This document shows, one piece after another, positions 1 through 43,996 of a DNA stretch of 64,000 nt; positions within the stretch are counted from its first letter, which is position 1, and each line of letters starts with the position of its first letter. The notes under the pieces are model-generated. The model was not told where the DNA came from and did no database searches. It saw only the letters and a list, made by a program, of their open reading frames with translations. A program made the translations under genes and the position numbers. The stretch is from the human T2T-CHM13v2.0 reference genome, Homo sapiens: assembly GCF_009914755.1 (NCBI RefSeq), contig NC_060943.1. One strand, written 5' to 3'.

Positions 1-8325
<8,325 letters not shown>

Positions 8326-8559
8326 TGTGAATCCTCCACTTACACATGACATTGAAAGCCATAGAGCTGGATGAGTTTTGTAACTAGTTAGTTCATATAA
8401 GCTTGGGAAAAAAATGTGGAAGGATGCATTGAAAAAGACTGGAGAGGGAGCCCCAGGTACACATCCTAGCTGTTAGTCCTTTGGAAGGTTACCCAGCCTC
8501 TCAGTCTGTCTATAAAATGAGAATAACACAGCTCTCCAAATGGCACGACACCCGCTACC

Positions 8560-17565
<9,006 letters not shown>

Positions 17566-17632
17566 GCCCCCCGGGCACTGGGTGGGGCAGGGCACGAGTT
17601 ATTTAAAACAGTTACACTGCAGGGTTTCGCCC

Positions 17633-17984
17633 AATAAAGGTGGACTGACATTCCCTCTTCCAGGCCCTTGTCTCCCCAGTTGGGACGGCAGAGAGACAAG
17701 TTCTTATATCTGAAGAACTTGGAGGTTTTGGGGCATTCAGGAGTTGGAGATAGCCTCCAACTGGGTCAGCCTCTGTCTGGTGGGCATTGCTCAGGGTCTC
17801 AAACATGGACGCCCACTGTGGGGCCCCAGCAGCACTGTGGCCTGCAGGAGGGCATGGCCCCAGGTAGGGGGACTGTTCTAGCCAGCTGTGGACACATAGG
17901 AATGCTGGACCAGGGTACCAGATTTTTTCAACAAAGGGGGTGAAGTGTCCTACTAAAAAGAATAAATGTTGGCAGTGAATTAAA
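17633..17984 (+). terminator. PSMD8 proximal and distal polyadenylation signals
   Basis: AATAAA at 17633-17638 and 17961-17966; ATTAAA at 17979-17984. Confidence 0.75.
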
Positions 17985-18540
17985 CAATTTTTCAAATGAC
18001 ATGTGAAATGGAACCCATCTGTAGGCTGCCAGTTTGGGCTCTTTGTGGAACAAAAGGTGTGGGCCCTGGTGTGGGCTTGTGGGTCCCACCCTCCCTGAGC
18101 CAGCATGTGATTGAGGACCTCCCCGCACACCCCCCAGCCTAGGTTTCCTGCCTTGAAATTCTTGGGAAGGTGTTCAAGGCGCAGGGTCCAAATCTGGCTG
18201 AATCCCTTGTGGGATGTGGAAATTTCACAAGTCTTCCAGAGTTAGTTTTCCCAACTGTGAAATGGGAATGATCACTCCTTTGCAAAGTGGTTTGTGCTGA
18301 GCCTGTGAGCTTGGTACCAGGTTAGCTCAGAATTGGGGCTTATGGATTAAGGGGAATCAGATCCCCCCCGCCCTGGACCCATCAGTCTGGGTGCTGGGTG
18401 AATGGAACCTCAGTTACTGCTGCTCTGGTCCAGCTTCACGATTGTTTCCAAGATGTGCTTTAATGGCGATCCTGCCCTGCTGCACCCTACCCACTGCCTT
18501 GGCGAGTGATTGACAGGCTGCTGGCATCTGGATTGGTTAT

Positions 18541-18546
18541 TTTATT
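18541..18546 (-). terminator. GGN polyadenylation signal
   Basis: TTTATT on + (AATAAA on -), about 40 nt past the GGN stop codon. Confidence 0.8.
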
Positions 18547-18586
18547 GGCATGGAGGGGAAGGTGGAGGGTGTTGAGCCGACTACAC

Positions 18587-21436
18587 TCAGTTGGAATGGG
18601 TGGCCTGCAAGTCGTAGTGCTCCAGCTTGGCCACCAGAGAGCCGGACAGCTTGATGGTGGCAACCCAGGGTGGCTCGCCCAGGTGGTTGGTGGATGTGCT
18701 CAGCCTAGTGGGGGAGGGTAGAGTCAGCAAAGCCCAGCAATGGGACCAGGCCTCTAGCCCTTCTAGGGCCTCCCTGTCCCCATATGAATAGGGAAGCTTC
18801 TGAAGGCTATATTGGAATATCCCAAAGGCAGTTTAGGGCAGGGCTGTGGCCACTTAATAGGAAAGGGAGCTGAGGGCTGGCGAGTGTCCCAGCTAAGCTT
18901 CAAGAGGTCCAGGGCAGTCTCCCAGTGGTTCAGCACTCCCAGGAGTCAGTATCAGACCCCAGTGGCCAGATCTGGTGATTCAGTGTGGGTAGGGGGTGGC
19001 TGGAGGATGCATTGTCCCCCTGGATGTGGGACTCAGGAGGAGCCTCCCCAGCACAAGGGCTGGGACATCAGTGCCCTCTGGCGGCTGAAGCCTTGAGTCC
19101 CAGAGTCAGGAGAAGTCCTCAGAGGCTAGAGGGGTCAGGAGTCCAGGGCTGCCCCTGTGCCCAGTAAAGTTGGAGGCGTGCATCTACCCCCATTTAGTTC
19201 CAGGAAGACAGTCATCCCCTCACCCCCATCCCTGAGTGGCCTCGGACGTGGTCCTCCTTGATACCCTCAGGGACAGGGTCAAGGCAGTGTATAGGGTCAG
19301 GCCAGCTGGGACCAGCCTCCCTCTCTAATGGCTCCAAGAGAGGTACAGGAGGGCCAAGAGTCCACTTAGGGATTGGATGCCATAGGGCTGGGCCAGGGTG
19401 TCCCCCTTTCCCCGTCAAAGGTCAGCATGGGATCATGGGTCCTCTTGGTCCTGAAGGGTGGGAGCTCAGCTAGGTTTGAGATGTGGCAGAGATGAAGGCC
19501 ACGGGTCATTCTAGGGTCAGGAAGCCAAAGGGCTGAGTAGGACTCTATCCAGCAGTCTGGGGTTCGGCACCCTCCTGTCCCTTCTCCCCTCTCACCAGGC
19601 AGAGACGTTGCGTGGCAGGCGGCGATGGCGTGGCTGGTGGTGGCAGTAACACTTGCAGGGACAGGAGTTAAGCACCTGGAAGGGCAGCCAGTGGCGCGCA
19701 GCGCGGGTGTTAGCTGCCCCAGTCTGAGAGGCCCCGCTGCCACCACCCCCTCCACCACTGCTGTCAGGCACGGTAGCTGTAGCTCGTTCGCGAGGACCAT
19801 CTCCATGCAAGCCATCCTTACGGGTCGCGCCCCGGGCTGCACGGGAACCCTTGTTCCTGCGCGTGCGGGTCTTGATGGGCGCAGCCGCGGGTGCGGGCGC
19901 GGACACAGGCGGCGAGGGCTCAGCCACGGTGGGAGCTGGAGCCGGGGATGGGGCCGGGGCCTGGTCGGCGGCTAAGGCTGGGGGCAGAGCAGGGGCTGCG
20001 GTGGGAGCCAGGGCTGACTCCTTGTGGCCCAGACCCGGGGTGAGCGGGGGAGCCACCGGCAGCGGCGTTGGCTGGAGCGCTGGTGGCTGCAGTGTGGGCG
20101 GCGGTGTGGGCGGTGGCAGCGGTGGTAACTCCTGCAGGCCTGGAGGCCCCGGGCGCATGGGCTCGCCATTGGTGGGTGCTGGGAAGATGAACGTAGGCGG
20201 CGCCAGCAGGGCAGGTGCGGGCCTCCGGGGCCCGGGAGCTGAGTGTATCTGCTCTGGTGGTGGCGGAGGGGAGCCCCAAGGCCCAGAGAGTGCGGCCGCA
20301 CGCCGTCGCGGCGCCCCGATGCCTCCGCCAGCCCCGTTGAAGCGGAAGTGGCGTTCAGGGCCGTCGGGAGCGCTAACCCAGTCGAATTTGGGCTTCGAGC
20401 CTGGGAAGGTGGTGTAGGGTGGCGGCGGTAGGGCCCGGGCTTGGGACGCAGGCGCCGAGGGAGGACCAGAGCACCCTTCGCCGTCTCCATCACCTCCCTC
20501 GGCTTCCTGTGCCCCTCGAGAAACCTCTCCCAAGGGGCGAGCGGCTCCAGGAGGCAGGGGCCCTTGCTTCAGGACCTCGGCGTAAGAGATGGCACCTGAG
20601 GCAGCAAAGAGGCCGCCGCCTCCGCCGCCCCCCAGCGAAGCTTTGGCTGCTAAGGAACTCGAGGCTGCCGGAGGGGCCAAAGAGGGCCTCGACTTGAAGG
20701 TGATTTTACACAGCAGGCTCAGACCGGACTCGGAATCCGCAGGCTGGGCCATTTCGCCTTCGCCCGCATGGGGAGGCGCCCCTCCGCGAGCCCTGCCGGC
20801 CGTCTGGCCCTGGTTGCGGGGCCCAGCCTGGCTTTCTGTCGGGGGTGAGGCGGGTGTGGCCAGAGCAGGAGTGATTCTGCGGTCCGCCGGCTGCCGTTCA
20901 GAAGGTAATGGTGGTGGCGGCTTCCAAGTCTCCAGGGGCGGCGGAAATTGGGATGGGGCCCTCGGGACAGTGTCCTTCACGGATAGTTGCCGGGGCGGCG
21001 GCGGCGGCTTCAGCGGGCGGAGGCTCGGAGGGTCGCCCTGGCCGCGATGGCTCGCCTCCAGCAGGCGGCGGATCCGGGGAACTGGAGTGCCCGCGGGCTT
21101 TTGCCATTTAGACGGGCCGGGCAGCAGAGTCCCCGCGGGGGCCGGGGGTGGTGCAGAGACCGCGGCCGCCTCTTCAGGAGGGGGCATCACTGGAGAGGGC
21201 CGTTCTAAGGTGAGGGGCAGGGTCGAGGGTGAGGCCTGGGGCTCCCGGGGTACCATGAGTCCCGGGGGTGTGGCGCTGCCAGGGAACCAGACACCCAGCC
21301 CACGAGTCAGGCGCATGGCCTGGGAGGTCATCTCGGGCTCCACCAGGGACGTCCGGCGGGAGTCGGGGGCGCGGTCCGAGGGCTGCACTTTTCGGGAGCC
21401 CCCGCCCGCGGATGGCTCCGACTGCAAGTTCCCCAT
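18587..21436 (-). CDS. GGN: Gametogenetin (Pro/Ala/Gly-rich germ-cell protein)
   Basis: Large exon CDS 21436-19596 (MGNLQSEPSAGGGSRKV...RNVSAW) spliced TG|gtgag...ctag|G to 18704-18587 (LSTSTNHLGEPPWVATIKLSGSLVAKLEHYDLQATHSN*). Total 1959 nt = 652 aa. Acceptor of the large exon at 21455. Confidence 0.96.
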
Positions 21437-21622
21437 TTCTGACGGAGCTCGGAGACTAGTCAGAAAAATTTACTCCAGTCAGCCTGCCAGGGCCGTGGGG
21501 ACCCTACGAGGCTGGCTGTACTTGATCTAATTCGTCCGCACCGGCCCCGCCCCTGTTCTCCAAGATCCGATCAGGCCCAAGTCCTTAGGTCGCACTCCTG
21601 TTCCCCGACCTTCGACACTCAC

Positions 21623-22010
21623 GCCTTCTTGCCCATGTCCCCAACACAGCTGCTGTTAAGATACTTCACTACCAGCCCCATTATGTACTAAGGTTCCATG
21701 CCTGTCCCCTTGGCTGGTCATGCTGATCCCTCAGTCCTCTCCTCTAACTCTCCGACTCCCCGCCTCTCTCTAGAGCACCTGGGTCCCGCCCTCTTCCCAG
21801 GCAGGGGCAGATCCTCAGGCCTCACCCCTAAACCTCTTCCCGCTCCAGGTCTACTAGCTGGCATCCACAGTCAAGCTCCACCCCTGTCCCCAAGCTCCGC
21901 CCTGGCCCCGCCTCCCCCCAGAGGAACCCACTCACCGAGTCCTCCAGCCGAGCAGAGTTCAGACCGCGGCGCCCTGGGCCCGGGGCAGGGCAGGGAACTG
22001 CCGTAGCAGA
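21623..22010 (-). other. GGN: Probable GGN 5'UTR exons (about 22010-21936 and 21652-21623)
   Basis: Minus-strand GTGAGT donors at 21935 and 21622; tandem acceptor ttaacag|cag| near 21652. The TSS position is inferred. Confidence 0.5.
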
Positions 22011-23100
22011 AAATAACCGAAAAGAACGGGGGTGCGGGTGAAGGCAAGTGGGCGAGACAACTAGGGCGGACCCCGAGATGTAGGCCCCGCCCCCGGAGCT
22101 CGAGGCCCCGCCCTCCTGCGAGCCCGCGGGAGCCCGGCCCCTTACGAACCTAGGTCTCCCCTTGAAATACTCCGAGGTCTTGTTCCTCGCCCCCAGGCCT
22201 TCTGGTTCTAAGCTCCACCCCTTTGGGTTGTTCTCCTTAGCCCCTCCCCTTTAGAATGTCCCGCCCCTCTCATTCCCTCCCGAGGCCCCGCCCACGCGAA
22301 CACCGATGCGTCGCTCCTCCCCTTTGGACCTCTCATCTGCCCCGCCCCTAAGGCAATTTACCTCTAAGCTCCGCCTTTTTAAGACCCGGCAACATCGCTT
22401 CTCAAGACCCTCTCCTTCCCCCCGGGCGCCGAGAAGGCCCATCCACCGTGGGCCCGCCCCTTCGTGACGCACGCACTAGTCCTCGCCTGCAGCATCCAAA
22501 CCTCCTTATACCCAGGCCCTCCAACCCCACCCACTTGTGAAGGCTCCCCTCTCGCCCCACCCCTTATCGAACTCTGCCAGGCACCCAAGCCACAGCGTAG
22601 ACCACCACCTCTTTAGAACCTTGAGACCAGTCCCTGTCCCTGCCCCGTCCCCTCCTCATAGCATTAGAGACCAATGGCGCAGATGGGTGGAAAAGTGGGG
22701 GATCCCCTCTGGATCTTAAGAAAATGGGGGCTGGGGGGTTGCTCTCTGGAGCTAGTGCCGGGCTCTAGGACCCAGCAGGCAAGTAAGCCCGCCTCGCTCT
22801 TACCCCTCCCCCAAGCCGCCCCTTCCCCCCCCACCCGTCTTCCAGGTTCCCCCTCCCTCCCCCCTCGCCCCGGCTCCCGGTGCCCGTCTCCAGCGCCGCC
22901 GGAGCCAGCCAGGGAGCCGGAACGAAAAGGAGGAGGAGGAGGCCGCGTCGCCGCCGCTCGGAGCCCGGCCGGAGCCTCGCAGGCAGGTGCCGAGGGGGGC
23001 GAGGGGGCGGGGGCTGACAGACTGCCTGCCCCGATGAGGGGGCGGCCGTGACCGCGCTGCGCCTTCTGCCCACCCAGGCGCCCCCAAGGCCCCGGCTAGG
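21880..23100. promoter_or_regulatory. GGN/SPRED3 divergent CpG-island promoter region
   Basis: CpG-rich, many GC boxes, half-CRE TGACG near 22465; the two genes point away from each other. Confidence 0.75.
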
Positions 23101-24477
23101 AGGACTAGAGAGTGGGGACCCCCCAAACTGCGCGGCAGCCATTCAGGGTACCAGTCTTCATTTGTGGGGTCTGGACTTTCTCCGAGGATGCCCCATTCAC
23201 AAAATTCCGTCCTGGACCCTCACCGTTGAGGAACGCTGAGGACCACTCCCCCCGGGGGACACAGGATGTGTGGGGAGCGTAGGCCACCCTGAAATGCCAG
23301 TGCCCCATTCCAGCTAGGCCCTGGGGGGACCCCTGCTCTCATTCCCTGCTTCACCTGTTGTCGGGGGAGGCGGGCGGACAAAGGAAGCAGCGTCACGTGA
23401 CTGCTCATTCACAAAATCCCATCCCATTGAGAAAAGGGGGCTGGGGGCGCTGCAGCCGCCCCTTCCCCTCCTGAAGGGCCCGGGAAACCCAGCAGCCTGC
23501 AGGTGGGGGAGGGGGCTAGAGCTCGTCCGGGTCCCTAAGGTTGGGACGCCAGGGTCCCTGTGCTGGATGGCAGTGAAGGGCTGGACACTGATCCCGATTA
23601 CTGGGCGGAGGGCTACGTCCTCTGAGCTGGGGGGCGGGGTAAAATGGTTCTGAAGGATGCTGGGGCTGGGGGGCGGGAAGGGAAGAGGGAGGAAGGATCA
23701 ATCTGCCCCCCCATCCCATCTTTCCCCCCTGGCTTCCCTCGGCTGGGGCCTGGGGGAGCAGCCTTGATTTTTGTGAATGAAATGCTCTCTGGATGTGTCT
23801 TCGGTCGCCCGTTTCTGACTTCCTCTGCCTCCGTCTCCCTCTGAGCCTCTCTTTCTGGCCATTTCTGGTTCTCTCCCTGTTCCCTGCCCATCTCCCGTTG
23901 CTGGGTGACTCAGTGAGCTTTGCATCCGGTCTCATTCATAAATCCGGGAAGGGGTGGGTGGGGGGGAAAGAGCCTGGGTTTCTCACCCAGCCTGTGGCCT
24001 GGACGACAGGGTGCGGAGGCAGGGTTGGGAGAACAGGAGCTGAGTTGATGGGCCCAGAGAAAATATATATGCGCAGGCACCCAGCTGTGAGGGGGAGCAC
24101 TGGGTGGGGCTGTGGGTATGTGCTGAGGGAGGAGAAGGGGGTGATAGGGATAAGCAGGAGGGGGAGGGAAGGGCAACACCAGGGCTATGGGGGTGGGGAC
24201 GGAGAGATGGGGGAAAGGTGGGTACAGAGAGAAAGGGCAGACATGGAGAAGAAGATAGAGGTGAGAGAGAAGAGATGGCATGAGGAAGAAAGGAGCTGTG
24301 TGGAAGACGGTGGCCATGGGGTTGAAGGTGGGTATTGCTAGCTTAGGGTGCAGTGGACCTGGACGTGAGAGATGAAGTTGGAGGGGAGATGAGGGTTGAG
24401 GGAACATTCCATGGGAGAGCAGGGTTTGAGCTCATGACTGTGTTGTCCCTGTCCTTCCCCCCACCTCCTGCAGGTAC

Positions 24478-30322
<5,845 letters not shown>

Positions 30323-31964
30323 GGACGGCCTGGTGGGTCCCCTAGCCGGCCCGAGGACCCAAAATTGAGGGTCCAGGACCCCGGACTCCGTTCGGACCTA
30401 AAACCCAAACCTAGGCACATCCGGAACTTGGAGCTTGAGTTTGGATTGAGAGATCTCAGACCTGGAACCTGGAACCCAAACCTAGGACTGAGAGACCCCA
30501 GCCCCAGCTTCATTGGGGTGTCTGTCTAAGAAGTCCCAGGCGTCCTGAGTTCTGGCGTTCCCCCACCCCCACACCCCACGAGGAGGCTCCAGGCGTCCCC
30601 ATACTTTGCATCTCAGAAAGGCCAGGGAGCACATAGATCCCGAAAAGGGCAGGTCCCTGTTGAAATGAACAACCTAGAACCCGGTCACGCCTGGCACCAT
30701 GTCCCTCAGATTACAGCCCCACAATTAGTCAGGACTTGCCCATAACTGGCTCTGCCTTTATTCAACTCCCAGATCAGATCTTGAGACCATAGGACCTGGA
30801 GTCACCCACAAACAGTTCCTGAATATTCACCTAAGACCTGGTGCCCCCACATCTGAGACATTCTCATAGTCCCAGGACCCCTGAGACAGCAGGACCCCTG
30901 AGAAAGTTTCAAACAGAGTTTGAAACTCTGTTATGCTCTGGAATCTCCAGATGCTGCCCCTCAAATCTACCCACGACTTAGTGCCCACAGACCTGGCCTC
31001 CAGTCCGGGAACACTGAAGTCTAAGATGTCCAGGGAACTCCCAGACACCCTGGGACCCCAGACTCTTAAGATGCACTGAGTGCTCGGATATACTGAAACA
31101 CGAGCTGTTCTCTTACCAAAATGACTTGGGAGACCCATCCCAGAGCCCCCAAGATCCAGATATCAGACACCAAGATGCTCTGGAAGCCAGGGATCAAAGA
31201 CCTCCATAGGTCCACCCACCCCCAAGCCAGGGTTCTCAGGAGCTTTGGATATCATTTATAGGACTCAGAGGTGCCTGGGGTCCTCAGATGTGCGACTGAA
31301 GGCCACCAACACCTCAGGACCCGAGATACTGGTCTCGAGTTCTCAAATAGCCCTCTCTTGCAGTCCCTCCTGGACCTGGATTTTGAGACCCCAAATGTCC
31401 TGGAATCTTCAGCTTCTTTCTACCCACAGATTCCCAACCCCTTAAGGGCTGGGAGTCCAGCTCCCAGAAGAGGGGATGCTCATGGTGACCCAGACCTCTG
31501 ATGCCCTTGGCCCTCAGCCCTTGAGTGACCCTAAGGTACTTTAGGAGCACTGGATCCAATACCCCAAAGGTGCCACTGACCCCCAAATGCAAGGCTCAAG
31601 ACCCTACAACATTGGGATTGTTCCTGATCCAAGACCTTCATCCCTCCATACCAGAGGCGTTCAGATTCGAGGTGCCCCAAGACCCCAGCACCCTCAGACC
31701 CCAGATTTCTTTGGATTCAAACCTCTCTAGTCTGATGAACCCCAAGTTGCCTCTACACCTGATTCCCCCATCCCCACTTGTCGGACCTCAGAGACCTGCT
31801 GCCCCTTGAATCCTGTCATCCATAGGCCCCTAAAACCCCAAGGTTCCAGCCTCTGGAATTCTGGTCCCAAGGATCCCAGCCCAAGCCCCCAGCAATCCTC
31901 AGAATTACCCCTTTATCTTAGGGTGGGATCCCTACCATTTGGAACTCATTGTAGGACCACCCAG

Positions 31965-32712
<748 letters not shown>

Positions 32713-34971
32713 CTCTTCCACTTTAGAGTGAGAAGTTGCTTCAGGAAGTTTGAAAGCCTGTTTCATGGCCCACTGAGTCTCTTCTGTGCAAAGGGGGGTG
32801 CCACAGGCTTTTTTCCCCCAAGTGAAATGGGGCTTCCAGTGGATCGAAGATCTGGTGTCCTGTATGGGGGCCTCAAGGTCTTGGAGCAAGACAGTCTCAA
32901 TGTTGTATGGGCTTGGGACCTGCATCTGGCCCCAAGCATCTGGAACTGTGCACTTAACCTTTCTTCATTACCCAGACTTGGATGGCCTTGTTGGGGTTCA
33001 AGGGATAGGTCCTCTGTCTCTTCCTTTAAATTATTAACTATTTATTACATCCGGAACCTGTGAGATTCAGCACTCCCAACCAGACCCTGGGATGGGTGAG
33101 AGAAAAGCGGGGGTGTCTCTCCCCTCCCCACTCTGCCCAGCTCTCATCACTGTCAGACCCACCAGAGCTGAGGGCGGAGGGATTGGGGGCTGGGGCAGCC
33201 TGGGTCCCCATGCCCCTCTCTGTGCCTCGGTCTCCCCCCTTCCATGGTGGGCGGGGGGGAAGCTCCATTCTTAACCTACCTCGTTTTGGGGAGGGGTGGG
33301 ACGGGGGACCAGAGTGCTGTACGGTGCTGTGGGATCTGCAGATGAAGCGGTGGGGGCTAAGGAAAGGTCCCCTGGCCGCCACTTCCCAGCAGCGCCTCTC
33401 CCAGGTCCCCCAGTCCTGCTCCCTGCTGAGACCCACCTCTGATCCATGATTCCCCTTCATTGCCCCCAAATCAGGGGTACATGGAGGGCCGCCCTGGGAG
33501 CCAGGCAGACCTCAGACCCTGGAGCCCCCAGGCCCAATTTCCCAGCCGCTTGCCCCTCAGATCGGATGCTTGGCCCCCAGATTTGGGGGAGGCACCCCAA
33601 CATATATCTTCCTGATCTTGTTTCTAAGCCAGTCTGTGACCTCAATATTGTTAGTGTCAGTGCAGGCTGAAGTGGTGGGGGAGGATGGGGGCCAAAGACC
33701 CAGCCTTGTCATCGGGGGAGGGGGCACGAGATCTGCTCCAAGAAATGTCTGTGACAAAGTCTCAGCCTGTGTTATTTATTTGCCTCTGTGCACCCCACCC
33801 ACTCACCTTCCTGAACTGCTAAACCAGTCTCCTACTTAAATTCTCCCTTCTCCCATCAGACCCTCAAGCTGAGTTTTATAAGACACTCAACAAATGCATT
33901 TATTGAGCACCTAATTATGTGCCAAGCCCTGTTGAAAGCACTGGAGATAAAGCAGTGGGCAGAACAGACAAAAGTCCCTCCTGCAAAGAGCTTATGAGCT
34001 TTATAGTAGGGGAGACAATAAGTAAATGACTTAATATGTTAGAAATGATAGAAAGCAGAAAGAAAAAAAAAAGTGGGAATGGGGGATACATGCCATTTTA
34101 GCTAGAGTGGCCAGGTTAGACCCTCCTCAGGAGTTGGCATTTGTTGTTTTGAGACAGAGTCTGACTCGGTCACCCAAGCTGGAGTGCAGTGGCATGATCT
34201 CTGCTCACTGCAGCCTCTGCCTCCTGGGTTCAAGTGATTCTCCTGCCTCAGGCTCCTGAGTAGCTGGGACTGCAGGTGGGTGCCACAACGCCCGGCTAAT
34301 TTTTGTATTTTTAGTGGAGTCAGGGTTTCACCATTTTGGCCAGGCTGGTCTCGAATTCCTGACCTCAAGTGATCCACCTGCCTTGGTCTCCCAAGTGATT
34401 CCAGGTGGAAATCTCCCAAGTGATTACAGGTGTGAGCCACTGTGCCTAGCCAGGAGCTGGCATTTGAACAAAGCCCTGACGGAGGTGAGGGAGTTCTGGG
34501 GATGTCTGCAGGGAAGGGTATTTTAAGTAAAGGGAACAGCCAGTGCAAGGCCCTGAGACAGGAGTGTGTCCGGTAAGTCTGAGGAGCTTCAGGGAGCTAG
34601 AGTGTTGAGAGGGGAGGAAGCAGAGAAGAGAGCGCTAGGAGATGAGGGCAGAGAGGCGATGGGGCAGATCTGTCAGGCCTTGAAGGGCATTGAATGGACT
34701 TAGGTTTTTACCCTGAGTGAGACGGAGCCACAGGAAATTTCAAACATGGGAGGCATGTGACCTGACTCAGTTCACAGGCTCCTTCTGCTGCATGTGGTCA
34801 GCAGAGTAGGAGTGGGGTGGGGGACAGCTTCACAGAGAGGAGGCTGCTGTGATGGTTCAGGACAAGACAGCAGCGGACAGGCCCAGGGTGAGGGCCCTGA
34901 AGGGTGGAGAAGTGGGCAGGTGTTGGGCCTACTTTGTAAATAGAACCCACAGATTTATGTATGGGATTTGA

Positions 34972-35190
<219 letters not shown>

Positions 35191-36250
35191 TAGAGACATG
35201 TTCTCACTATGGTGCCTGGTCTGGTCTTAAACTCCTGGGCTCAAGCGATCCTCCCACCTCAGCCTCCTGAAAGGCGGGGATTACAGGTGTGAGCCACTGT
35301 GGCCCACCTCTGGGCAATTTTTAACATTTGATTTATGTCAAAAAATAGCCCCCCAAGTGTCCTGCCTTGGGGTAAACAGGGTTATGGGGTTACTCGTATC
35401 TGCCCTTAAGGAACAAGTTCTACCCCTGTTCTTCCCTCCAGGCTCCTGGTCCACCCCCAACTTCCAGCAGAATTGTCTAGGAACTACTGGATACCAGGAT
35501 ACAGTAAGGAAGAGATTAGATCTGACACAATGTTTACTTAGCAACAGCAACAAAACAACAGCAGTAGTAACAGTGGAAATAGGTTCCGTGGTTTAAGAGT
35601 ATAGAGTCTGGAATTTCATCTTCAAGCCTTGGCATCACCATGAATTCACTCTGTGACTTATCTTCTCTCAACCTTAGTTTTCTCTTCTGTAAAAGAGATA
35701 AGATACTTCGCCCAATAGTACACATTAAATGCTGTATATATATTAGTTATTCCTTATTAAGTACTCCCTATATATCTGCTAAGCACTTTTTACATATGAA
35801 ACTCTAATTAATCCTCAGCAACAACTCTAAGAGGTAGGTACTATTATCCCCATTATACAGATGGGAAGCAATTTGGCAGGAACATGGAGCTGGCGAGTAA
35901 CAGAATCAAGCCCTAACCCTTTGCCTGATTCCTAGGGTGTAATCTCTTAACCACTATGGTGCATTGCACCTGCTCACTCCAAGGCCTAAGAGGGAGAGGA
36001 GTGAAGGCCTAACAGGCACATCGTGATCGATGAGGAGGGCCTGGTGTGTGAGGGGTGTGCTGGGATTCCTGGGTCCCTTATGTAATTCAAACCCTGAGGT
36101 GGAAAGGAGGGAGGAAGTTTTGGATTTTAGGCAGAGTTGGGTGAACACCACTCCGTCTGGGCTGCTTTAAGAGCAGAGGACAGGGCCAGGAACACTGGCT
36201 CAAGCCTGTAATCCCAAGCTTTGGAAGGCTGAGAGGGAAGGATTGCTTGA

Positions 36251-36954
<704 letters not shown>

Positions 36955-37070
36955 TCAAAAACAAACCAACAAAACACCAGCAGAAGACAACTGAGGGAGG
37001 AAAAGGAAAATGGCACCGAAGTTGTTTTTATGTCGCCGCAACAGTGACACCCGCCGCCAGCTTGTCTTGA

Positions 37071-43058
<5,988 letters not shown>

Positions 43059-43240
43059 AGGGGGACTGGTGGTCGGGGGCGGGGGGTCCTCCATGAGATG
43101 CTAATGCTATCGGTAATCTCTGGGGAGTCCGTTTAAGGCTTTCCTTGGTATTTGGCACCCAAGCCCCCCATCTCCTATTCCTGAGTCCCCAAATGCCCTG
43201 CTCCCATTCACGTCAATACCAAGAACCATGTTCTCCAGAG

Positions 43241-43257
43241 AATAAATTTAATTTATG
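43241..43257. terminator. Bidirectional polyA element (FAM98C AATAAA on +; RASGRP4 ATTAAA on -)
   Basis: aataaatttaatttatg: AATAAA 43241-43246 (+), ATTAAA 43252-43247 (-). Confidence 0.75.
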
Positions 43258-43696
43258 ACAGCTGTAGGACCTCTCTCTGTGGGGGCCAAGTCAGGGGTGT
43301 TGGGGTTTGTGAAGGGGTTGGGGGGGTCTCTGCTCCCTGGGACTGAATGGGCCCCTGCTGCTCGACCCTCAAAGTTCTTTGCCCTATAGCACATCTATCC
43401 TGTGCCGTGGGCATGGGTAAGGAGACATTCAGGCATCAGACAAGCATCTGTCAGGCGCCTACCACCTGCCAGCCCTGTTCTAGGCACTGGGGATGCAGCA
43501 GTGAATGACATTGATAGAAATCCCTGTTCTCCTGGAGTTGATGCTCCTGTTGAGGAAAGACAGACGTTCAACGAGATAAAGAGGGAAAAAGTATAGGCTG
43601 TCAGAGGGAGCACATTCTATGCAGAAAAACAGGAGCTGGGCGTGGTGGCTCACGCCTGTATTCCCAGCACTTTGGGAGGCTGAGGCTGGTGGATCA

Positions 43697-43996
<300 letters not shown>

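Noticed and set aside
18915-19095. Possible MER20-like remnant in the last GGN intron
   Set aside because: Similarity too degenerate to call by eye.
20589-21530. 313-aa plus-strand ORF (and 19851-20417) antisense to GGN
   Set aside because: Shadow frames of a very GC-rich coding exon; no recognisable domain or independent splice/polyA support.
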